Below are positions 52,888 through 61,088 of a stretch of DNA of 64,000 nucleotides, one piece after another. The DNA comes from Thermodesulfobacteriota bacterium (lineage in GTDB: Bacteria; Desulfobacterota_D; UBA1144; Nemesobacterales; UBA2774), in assembly GCA_965223335.1 (NCBI GenBank), contig OZ244991.1, positions 2,240,001 to 2,304,000 of the forward strand, written 5' to 3'. The notes beneath the pieces were generated by a model. It searched no databases. It had not been told where the DNA came from and worked only from the letters and a program-made list of their open reading frames with translations. The translations under genes and the position numbers were made by a program. The stretch's first letter is position 1. Each line of letters starts with the position of its first letter.

Positions 52888-53001
52888 CTATTCCCCTATT
52901 TCATTAATCGAATACATTGCTTTTTCCGCTTCTTCCGATAGTTGTTTTATAGCACTTGTGTCTACTGAAAATTGTAGACTAATCTCATTCATTTCAGGCA
53001 T
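52888..53001 (-). pseudogene. TMP stub, 37 aa (MPEMNEISLQFSVDTSAIKQLSEEAEKAMYSINEIGE)
   Basis: Head joined to MYSINEIGE, matching the short-tail ends (KVMYSIN / AINEIGE). Confidence 0.8.
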
Positions 53002-53079
53002 TTATACCACCTCGCATAACATCGCAAATACTGATATTTGTATCTAGTTAATTAGTTTCTAAAAAGTTATAATTTAGGT

Positions 53080-53853
53080 ATGAAATCGATTTGTATTAGT
53101 TGTCACACAATTAGCGAGCTAAAGAAGGTTAGAGAATGTAATCACATGTCAACTGGGTTGCATTTTGTTGGAGCTGCGTTGTGTATCCCGTTTGGTCTAC
53201 TATTCCCAATATTATTCATTGGTACATTCTTCTTTGTAATAAAAGGAATTATTCATTTAGCAGCTTGCTATGATACTATGAGTCTTTGCCCAGAATGCAA
53301 TACTAGAAATGTGCTTCCGGCGGATTATTTCCTATCAAATGGCATTGAACTTGATGATCGCATTTCTAAAGAAGATTTACAGATTAAAGTTCTTGAATAC
53401 GGTAAAATCGGGTCATATCTTATATATAAACGAATTAGGGCATGTACATTCTGCAACTACATAGGTTTTAATTCAGGTCAGCAAAAGTATAGTTTTATTA
53501 TGGGAGTACTAACTTTTGCACTTGCCCTTTTATTCATTCCATTGGCAAAGATTCATACTCTTCTATTAATTGGAAGCTATATTTATTTTTTCACAGGATT
53601 ATTTCTAATATATATTTCACTGCTAGATTCAAGAGAATGTCCAAAATGTGAAAATAAATCACTCATTCCTATTGATTCTAGGGGTGGGAAATTTATTATA
53701 GAAGAAAAAGGTTTTAATCTTAGCAGTCCTATAAAATCATCTCATATACCAATGCTGGAATATCATTTCGGTATAAAGCTATTTTTTACTTTGGTAGTAA
53801 TATCTCTCTACATCTACTACCGCCTCTTCCTCTACTTCAATTCCCTAAACTGA
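53080..53853 (+). CDS. Double CxxC-2TM-CxxC membrane protein (cassette 6)
   Basis: Paralog; 5' part nearly identical to 60288 gene. Confidence 0.82.
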   Translation: MKSICISCHTISELKKVRECNHMSTGLHFVGAALCIPFGLLFPILFIGTFFFVIKGIIHLAACYDTMSLCPECNTRNVLPADYFLSNGIELDDRISKEDLQIKVLEYGKIGSYLIYKRIRACTFCNYIGFNSGQQKYSFIMGVLTFALALLFIPLAKIHTLLLIGSYIYFFTGLFLIYISLLDSRECPKCENKSLIPIDSRGGKFIIEEKGFNLSSPIKSSHIPMLEYHFGIKLFFTLVVISLYIYYRLFLYFNSLN

Positions 53854-53880
53854 GCCTTTATCCACATCTTTTCCACAACT

Positions 53881-54219
53881 TTATTCCCCAATTTCTTGAC
53901 TGTATTTAATGTTACTATGTCCTGCCGTATTAATCGAATACATCACTTTATCTATGTCTCCTAACCACCTATCATTACTCACTTCATTAACTTCATCCAC
54001 ATTCCCTAACCCCCACGACCCCAATTTATCCCCTCCCTGTCGCTCATAAACTACATTTGCTTGCGGACCCCACATCTCTTCCCATGTAATATCTACAATC
54101 TCATCACTATAATCTGTTTTTACCGCCACCAGGTCCAGGAACGACGTCAATATTGCTTTAAAAGTACTCTTTACAATGTCCTTCAGGTTGTCGAACTTCC
54201 CTGTAACTACAATTAAAGA
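53881..54219 (-). pseudogene. Orphan TMP tail fragment
   Basis: ...VVTGKFDNLKDIVKSTFKAILTSFLDLVAVKTDYSDEIVDITWEEM...; divergent version of the shared KGNFDSL..SFSDLVA box; in-frame stop upstream. Confidence 0.7.
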
Positions 54220-54239
54220 TCATATGCTATCATAAACTG

Positions 54240-54383
54240 CTACTTATCCACACTTTTTGCTAAATCCTGATACTTTTTTAATTCTTTTTCATCAAGATCA
54301 ATGCCTATCTGAATTTCAGGCAATTTTTTCAAGTCACTATCATCAAGATTGATTTTTAACGCAAGTTCTGTCATTTCTGGCAT
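54240..54383 (-). pseudogene. TMP stub, 47 aa (MPEMTELALKINLDDSDLKKLPEIQ...)
   Basis: TMP-like head with GGAG RBS, divergent from 54561. Confidence 0.7.
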
Positions 54384-54560
54384 ACTTAATCTCCATCTAA
54401 TATGATAAAATCTATTAATATCTAGTCCTTTTATAATGTAGAGATATTGTTTATCTGTGATATGTGATCCAACCTATAATTAGATATGTATTTGATCGTA
54501 GTATTGCAGTAATGTATAGTTAAATAGTACATTCTAGAATAATCGTAATAGAGTTCTGAT

Positions 54561-54932
54561 ATGCAAAAAATCTGTAAAAACTGTTCATATATTGGGTTAG
54601 AATCCAAGTATAATGAACTAATATTTTTCGTTGCTTTATTTGGGCTGATTTACTCAGGTTCACATATTATTACCGATTTTGGTGTTACAACTTTCTGGTT
54701 TTTTGTCTATGTAGCCATGTTATTGGCATCAATTTATTGTCTTATCCTGTATTTTGTTAATCGCGATAACTGTCCAAATTGTAATCATCCGAACACAATG
54801 ATCGAGATAAACACCCTGGAAGGACGAAAACTAATCACAGATCTCTATTTCACCGATTCTAATGTTGAATCAATCGAGCCTACCGAATCCAGCACCGAAC
54901 CTTCCTCCTCCCCCTTCCAATCCCCAAAATAG
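54561..54932 (+). CDS. CxxC-2TM-CxxC membrane protein (cassette 7)
   Basis: CKNCSYIG...CPNC; ends PSSSPFQSPK. Confidence 0.8.
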   Translation: MQKICKNCSYIGLESKYNELIFFVALFGLIYSGSHIITDFGVTTFWFFVYVAMLLASIYCLILYFVNRDNCPNCNHPNTMIEINTLEGRKLITDLYFTDSNVESIEPTESSTEPSSSPFQSPK

Positions 54933-54959
54933 CCCTTTATCCACATCTTTTCCACAGCC

Positions 54960-56171
54960 CTATTCCCCAATTTCTTGACTATTATTTCTCCCTACTTTAT
55001 TAATCGAATACATCACTTTATTTATGCCTCCTAACCACTCATCATTACTCACTTCATTTGCTTCAACCATATCTGTTAGCCCCATAGTCTCCATCTCTTC
55101 CCATGTCACATCCACAATCTCATCACTATAATCTGTTTTAATCGCTTCCCATGCGTTCGCCGCAGTTTCTTTTATAGCCTCCCACTGTTCCCCCAGCCAC
55201 GATGTCAGCCGTTCGTATTGCTGTCCTATCCACTCAACACCAGCCGTTGCTTTCTCCGTAACGAAATTCCATGCTATTTCAGCCCCTGCCTTAAAATTAT
55301 CCCATATAAATAGCACTGCATCCCCTATCAGTCCTATTGCATACGCAATATTCTCCGCCGCAGACTCAATAAGCGGCACTATATTCTCTTCCCAGGTTAT
55401 CTGTGCAGCTAATTTAAGCTCATCCCAATGGTCTATTACTGCTCGTACACCCAGATATATTCCTCCAAGCGCCGCTACTACTAAACCTATTTTAAGTACT
55501 AGTGCACCACCTAAGAACGTTCCTACTGCTCTTATAACGTTCAAAAACAGACCAAACGCCCTGGATTTCCCAATAATTTTAAATAGATTTAGCAGTCTGC
55601 TGCCTAAGTTCTTTATCACTTCAAGTACTGATTTTAACCTTGGCACCAGTGACTTTATTCGATCCCTAATGCTTGTTATCACATTTTTTAATTTGTTAAA
55701 ACTTTCTTTAGGATTTACTACCGTAGTCCCGATTAATTTCAATGCACCGGCTAGAGATCTTAATATCCTTACAATCCCAACAAAACCAGAAAAAGTGATA
55801 AACAACTTGCCTCCAAGTGTATCTGCTTCCGTTATGTTTTTAATCCACTCTTTTATCCCATCGATAAAACCGCCAAATACTACATCAAAAGCAGATTTAG
55901 TATTTTTTGATTCATTAGCTAAATCTTTAATACTGTTTTTTGCCTGATCTGTAGATTGCTGTATCGATTGAGCAAATGTACTGTCACTATTTATCTTTTG
56001 TATGTTTTTCCCAAATAGCTCGAGTTCTTTATTTAAATTGTTGAATGTAGAAGTTACATCTAAAGTAGAGTTGTTAAAGGACTCTAGCGACTTCTCAGAA
56101 TCAGCTTGAAACGCTTTAAAACCATCAGAGTTTACACTTACATTGACTTCCAAATCTTTAACTTCAGCCAT
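54960..56171 (-). CDS. TMP allele E (truncated, 403 aa)
   Basis: MAEVKDLEVNVSVNSD head; IDHWDELKL..ITWEENIVP like B; W-x10 periodic repeats (IWDNFKAG.EIAWNF..WEAIKETAANAWEAIK); short tail. Confidence 0.8.
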   Translation of the reverse strand: MAEVKDLEVNVSVNSDGFKAFQADSEKSLESFNNSTLDVTSTFNNLNKELELFGKNIQKINSDSTFAQSIQQSTDQAKNSIKDLANESKNTKSAFDVVFGGFIDGIKEWIKNITEADTLGGKLFITFSGFVGIVRILRSLAGALKLIGTTVVNPKESFNKLKNVITSIRDRIKSLVPRLKSVLEVIKNLGSRLLNLFKIIGKSRAFGLFLNVIRAVGTFLGGALVLKIGLVVAALGGIYLGVRAVIDHWDELKLAAQITWEENIVPLIESAAENIAYAIGLIGDAVLFIWDNFKAGAEIAWNFVTEKATAGVEWIGQQYERLTSWLGEQWEAIKETAANAWEAIKTDYSDEIVDVTWEEMETMGLTDMVEANEVSNDEWLGGINKVMYSINKVGRNNSQEIGE

Positions 56172-56261
56172 TTTTGCCCCCTAGATGATTATTTTTATAA
56201 TTGAAATCTGAATGTGTATTGTTAACTAGAATAATTATTTCTTATTAGTTACAATAAGTTA

Positions 56262-57095
56262 ATGCAACATATTTGTATTGATTGTCACCATATTGGAAAA
56301 GGAAAAGACCAATTAAGTTACAACAAAGTAGATATATTAATTTACTTAGTACCAGCTCTAATCTGCACTGTTATAGCATTTATCTACCCTATCGCTTTGA
56401 TAGGTACATTTATACTTATATTTGCACTGACAGGAATATTAAGTAGTCCTTATGCTTTTGTTGATCAATGTCCGGAATGCTCTAAAATTATGTATCCTAT
56501 CGATAGCCCTCAAGCTCAAAAAGTTATCCGAGACAATGATATAAATTATGATGCTTCTTCAGTGTCCAGAACCAATTTCATAGATAGGTTTCACAAGATA
56601 CGTCAGATTAAAACACAAATTTGTCTTAATTGTCAGCATATTGGAGTTGGTCGTCATCAAGAAATCTGTAATTTAATGGAAGTTTTTCTAAATCTCCCAT
56701 TGGCAATTATCACAATACCGTTGGCATACATTACCCCTTATTCCCTTATTGGTTCATTTCTATTTGCATATTTGGGGCTGGGTGCGTTGTTTCAGTGTTT
56801 TGTAAAGTCCGATACTTGTCCCATTTGTAAGAAAAAAAAGATGATCTCTCTAACTTCTTCGGAGGCTGATAGATTTATAAAAAACAATAATATAGAATTT
56901 CAATTAGAAAATGCTGATACTAAGCCATTTTTTTTGAATGAAACATTTAATATACTAGTATTTACAGCTTTATTTTTTGTAACACTTTATTACTATTACA
57001 TATTATTTGTACACTTTAGTAATGGTATAGATCCTTTAGATATGCTATATCAATATATTTACGATGTGCTAGACAATATATCCACTAGATTATAA
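56262..57095 (+). CDS. Double CxxC-2TM-CxxC membrane protein (cassette 8a)
   Basis: CIDC..CPEC and CLNC..CPIC. Confidence 0.8.
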   Translation: MQHICIDCHHIGKGKDQLSYNKVDILIYLVPALICTVIAFIYPIALIGTFILIFALTGILSSPYAFVDQCPECSKIMYPIDSPQAQKVIRDNDINYDASSVSRTNFIDRFHKIRQIKTQICLNCQHIGVGRHQEICNLMEVFLNLPLAIITIPLAYITPYSLIGSFLFAYLGLGALFQCFVKSDTCPICKKKKMISLTSSEADRFIKNNNIEFQLENADTKPFFLNETFNILVFTALFFVTLYYYYILFVHFSNGIDPLDMLYQYIYDVLDNISTRL

Positions 57096-57120
57096 TTTCT
57101 AAATATTATATAATTATTAA

Positions 57121-57543
57121 ATGCAAAAGGTATGTCGCAGTTGCCACTTCGTAGGTAAAGGCAAAAACAGCTGGTTTGATGGTAATATTTTCTTTGGACT
57201 TATTACAGTTGCAATTGGTATTGGCGTTTTAGTTACGGGTTACTTCTCTTTCTTATCTCATACTATAAAAATTATATTCGGTATATTTTTAATAATTACA
57301 GGCATCTATGACATTATAAAGTTTTATATAGGCGGTCCTATCTGTCCTAATTGCAAGAAAAGAGAGATGCTTAATATCGACGATCCTAAAGCTATCGAAT
57401 TGGTTAAGAACCTAGACCTAATAGTAGGACAAAACCCTACCCAGGTCACCGATAACACCCCGTTAGATCCACCACCTCCGCCCTCCACTTCCTCCGAATC
57501 CTCCACCGACCCTTCCTCCTCCCCCTTCCAAACCCCAAAATAG
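57121..57543 (+). CDS. CxxC-2TM-CxxC membrane protein (cassette 8b)
   Basis: CRSC..CPNC; ends PSSSPFQTPK. Confidence 0.8.
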   Translation: MQKVCRSCHFVGKGKNSWFDGNIFFGLITVAIGIGVLVTGYFSFLSHTIKIIFGIFLIITGIYDIIKFYIGGPICPNCKKREMLNIDDPKAIELVKNLDLIVGQNPTQVTDNTPLDPPPPPSTSSESSTDPSSSPFQTPK

Positions 57544-57571
57544 CCTTTTTATCCACATCTTTTCCACAGCC

Positions 57572-59593
57572 CTATTCCCCAATTTCATTAATCGCATAGA
57601 TTACTTTATCTATATCATATAACCACCTATAATCACTCAGATCATTGACCTCATCTGTCTTCCCTAACCCCCACGATCTTATTTTGTCCCCTCCCCGTCT
57701 CTGATCAACTACATTCGCTTTCGTTCCCCACATCTCTTCCCACGTAATATCCACAATCTCATCACTATAATCTGTTTTTACCGCCACCAGGTCCGAGAAC
57801 GACTTTAGCATCGAGTCCAGTGTCGCATCCCAAAAATCACCCAAGCTGTCAAAGTTGCCTTTTAAAGTTTCGAATATCAGGTCGCCAAAGTTCTGGCTTA
57901 TGTTCGCTACCACATTCGCCGCATACACCCCAAACTCGTCAAGTATTCCCTTAGATGCCTCAGTACCCCTTTCAACTCCTTCCGCCATCTCCTCAATTTC
58001 CTGCCCGCTTGGTAGATTGATTTCAGGGGTTAATCCAAATTTAGCTAGGGTATTATTTACCTCTATTAACTTATTCCCCGCCGCTTCCAGCTCCTCACTG
58101 GTCCACTCCCTTGTTGTTCGAGCTAACCCAGTTATAGCTGTTTCGTTATCTGATATTTTGTTTGTGTTCTGAGCTATAGCAGAATTGAAATTGTTCAATG
58201 CCCCTTCTGCATTATGTACTTGTTCGGACACATTCTTAAAATTCTCTGCTGTTTCATCACCCGCAATTCCCCCACCCGGGGTTTCAATATTACCGGTTCG
58301 AACTTGGTCCATTAAGTCCAACATTTCATCTAATGCATCATTAACAAGTGGTAAAGACCCGCTGCCAAATCCGTGTGTGGACTTATCGATGGATTCTATT
58401 ACGTTCTCGAACCTTTCTAATTGAAGAGTCTGGTTTATTAAGTCTAGATATACGTTATCTATGTTTTCACTTGGAATTTGCCCATAATCGATATCTAGGC
58501 TTATCCCCTGTTCTGTGGTTTTTTGTAGTTGTTGGTATGCTTCTGTGTTATCGTCAACTACATTGCGCATCTCGTTCAACTCTTTGGTAGTTTGCGGGAT
58601 CCCTTCATTTCCAAATTTGCCAATTGCCTCACCAGCATTATTAACTGCTTCAGCAGTTTGTTCTGAGGTTGTCCCCAGAATATTCATGCCATTGTTAAAC
58701 AACTCAATACTTTCACCACCACCCTCTAGGGTTGCACTTTGGAATTTCAATGTGCTTGTAAATTGTTCAACCATTTTTCCTGTCTGGTCAACGTTGTAAC
58801 CAATATCGGCAAAAGCATCTTTGGCTTTATTAAGATCTTCCGAATTTCTAAAGATTTCTTCGTTTGCCATCTTCTGGACATCAATAGTATCAGAAAGGAC
58901 ACCTCTCAAATTTGAGTAGGCATTTTCGACTTCGGATAATTGTTGACTCCTTTCATTTGTTATGCGACTGGTGGCATCAAGAATATCTTGTAATTCTTTT
59001 TCTAATGGTCCAATGACATCCACATAATTATATTCAATTGAAATAGGTACAGGTATACGTTGTGGAGGCGTAATTATATTAGAGGATGTCCCACTGCCTG
59101 CATCGACTTTGAATGTTGTTAAATCCTCTTCAATATCCTTTAATTTCTCAAGAAATATGCCTAGTGCCCTAATTCTTTCTAGAATTATATCCTTATCTAA
59201 TGGTAAGTTTGTCAATCCATCGTTAAGACTAGGATCTTCTCCTATTTCTTCAACTTCCCTCAATAAATCTCTTGCTTGTCTACGCAGGGTAACTACAGTG
59301 CTTTGTAATTCTTCTAATCTAACTAAATCTGGCTTATACTGTTTATAGCTCCTTCTAATATAATCTATAGTCAAACTTGCAATTAACCCAATAATAGTGC
59401 TGATAATTATATCTACACCGAAACCTGCTTTATTTATTTGCAAGTCTGCTTCTGCAGATTGTACGTGGTTCTTAACTTGAGATGAGTTAATTGATTGTAT
59501 CTGTTTTAGAATCTTGTCTAGTTCTCGTTGATTTTCCTTCAGTCTAGAAAGATCTAAATCAAAAAATATTTGAAATACACTACTTTCGTTCAT
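57572..59593 (-). CDS. TMP allele F (truncated, 673 aa)
   Basis: Unique N-term; joins C/D sequence at MDQVRTGNIE.PGGG; shared EFGVYAAN box; short tail. Confidence 0.8.
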   Translation of the reverse strand: MNESSVFQIFFDLDLSRLKENQRELDKILKQIQSINSSQVKNHVQSAEADLQINKAGFGVDIIISTIIGLIASLTIDYIRRSYKQYKPDLVRLEELQSTVVTLRRQARDLLREVEEIGEDPSLNDGLTNLPLDKDIILERIRALGIFLEKLKDIEEDLTTFKVDAGSGTSSNIITPPQRIPVPISIEYNYVDVIGPLEKELQDILDATSRITNERSQQLSEVENAYSNLRGVLSDTIDVQKMANEEIFRNSEDLNKAKDAFADIGYNVDQTGKMVEQFTSTLKFQSATLEGGGESIELFNNGMNILGTTSEQTAEAVNNAGEAIGKFGNEGIPQTTKELNEMRNVVDDNTEAYQQLQKTTEQGISLDIDYGQIPSENIDNVYLDLINQTLQLERFENVIESIDKSTHGFGSGSLPLVNDALDEMLDLMDQVRTGNIETPGGGIAGDETAENFKNVSEQVHNAEGALNNFNSAIAQNTNKISDNETAITGLARTTREWTSEELEAAGNKLIEVNNTLAKFGLTPEINLPSGQEIEEMAEGVERGTEASKGILDEFGVYAANVVANISQNFGDLIFETLKGNFDSLGDFWDATLDSMLKSFSDLVAVKTDYSDEIVDITWEEMWGTKANVVDQRRGGDKIRSWGLGKTDEVNDLSDYRWLYDIDKVIYAINEIGE

Positions 59594-59680
59594 GTTTACC
59601 TCTTATTCTGGATATGTGTTAATGTTAATTAGTTACTAAAGTGTCTTGGTATTTGGTTTTATTTTAGATATAATATTTTT

Positions 59681-60067
59681 ATGGCTTATGTATGCCCTAA
59701 ATGTTTATATTTAGGAGATTCCAACTATCGCTATCATTCCAAATATCTTGATGCTGGATTTGTGATCATAGTACTTGGAGCTTTTTTATTTGTAGTGCAT
59801 GTTTTGACTCCTGGCTCTTCTGCGTTATCTGTAATGCTCACATTAATCATTATAGCAAGTGGTGTTTATATTATATACATGAATAGACAAGGCAGAATCT
59901 GTTCAAAGTGTAATTTTAACGGTGTGCTTTCTACGGATACTGCTGATGCGCTGGACTTAATCAAAAAGTACGACCTAGAACCTGGTGACAATACCAATAA
60001 GAGACCAATCTCCACTTCTCCCTCTACAGACTATACTAACACCTCCCCCTTCCAATCCCCGAAATAA
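59681..60067 (+). CDS. CxxC-2TM-CxxC membrane protein (cassette 9)
   Basis: MAYVCPKC..CSKC; ends TSPFQSPK. Confidence 0.8.
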   Translation: MAYVCPKCLYLGDSNYRYHSKYLDAGFVIIVLGAFLFVVHVLTPGSSALSVMLTLIIIASGVYIIYMNRQGRICSKCNFNGVLSTDTADALDLIKKYDLEPGDNTNKRPISTSPSTDYTNTSPFQSPK

Positions 60068-60095
60068 CCCACTTATCCACATCTTTTCCACTGCC

Positions 60096-60209
60096 TTATT
60101 TCCCTATTTCATTAACCGATTCAGATGCTTTTTCTGCGTCTTGTGATAGCTGTTTGATCTGACTTGTGTCCACAGAAAAATGAAGACTAATCTCATTCAT
60201 TTCAGGCAT
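60096..60209 (-). pseudogene. TMP stub, 37 aa (MPEMNEISLHFSVDTSQIKQLSQDAEKASESVNEIGK)
   Basis: Near-identical to 46198-46311. Confidence 0.8.
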
Positions 60210-60287
60210 TTATACCACCTCGTATAACATCGCAAATACTGATATTTGTATCTAGTTAATTAGTTTCTAAAAAGTTATAATTTAGGT

Positions 60288-61061
60288 ATGAAATCGATTT
60301 GTATTAGTTGTCACACAATTAGCGAGCTAAAGAAGGTTAGAGAATGTAATCACATGTCAACTGGGTTGCATTTTGTTGGAGCTGCGTTCTTTATCCCGTT
60401 TGGTCTACTATTCCCAATATTATTCATTGGTACATTCTTCTTTGTAATAAAAGGAATTATTCATTTAGCAGCTTGCTATGATACTATGAGTCTTTGCCCA
60501 GAATGCAATACTAGAAATGTGCTTCCGGCGGATTATTTCCTATCAAATGGCATTGAACTTGATGATCGCATTTCTAAAGAAGATTTACAGATTAAAGTTC
60601 TTGAATACGGTAAAATCGGGTCATATCTTATATATAAACGAATAAAAGTATGCACTTTCTGCCAATATATTGGGTTAAATTGGGAACAACAACATTTTAG
60701 TTTGATTATGGGGTCACTATTTCTTGGGGCATCACTATTATTTGTACCACTAGCACAAATCAATCCTCTACTGTTAATATTGAGCTATATCGCTATGTTT
60801 TTTGCGATATCAATCATACTAGCATCATTAAGTAATTCAAAAAAATGTCCTAAATGTGAATATAAATCACTTATTCCTATTGATTCTAGAGGCGGGAAAT
60901 TTATTCTAGAAGAAAAGAGTATCAATTTTAGTACACCGATTAGGTCATCTCGTATCCCAACTATATCTTACGATAATGGCATATTTTATACTGCATTTAT
61001 ATTAATATTAGCTACCTACATCTACTACCGCTTATTCCTCTACTTCAACTCCCTAAATTAA
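60288..61061 (+). CDS. Double CxxC-2TM-CxxC membrane protein (cassette 10), mosaic
   Basis: 5' part matches 53080 gene, 3' part matches 52096 gene, unique middle. Confidence 0.82.
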   Translation: MKSICISCHTISELKKVRECNHMSTGLHFVGAAFFIPFGLLFPILFIGTFFFVIKGIIHLAACYDTMSLCPECNTRNVLPADYFLSNGIELDDRISKEDLQIKVLEYGKIGSYLIYKRIKVCTFCQYIGLNWEQQHFSLIMGSLFLGASLLFVPLAQINPLLLILSYIAMFFAISIILASLSNSKKCPKCEYKSLIPIDSRGGKFILEEKSINFSTPIRSSRIPTISYDNGIFYTAFILILATYIYYRLFLYFNSLN

Positions 61062-61088
61062 TCCTTTATCCACATCTTTTCCACAGCC

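Noticed and set aside
38855..60262. TAGTTAA(C/T)TA palindrome-like motif in divergent promoters as a shared operator
   Set aside because: Four hits are in homologous duplicated DNA; the others vary in position within very AT-rich sequence, so support is insufficient.
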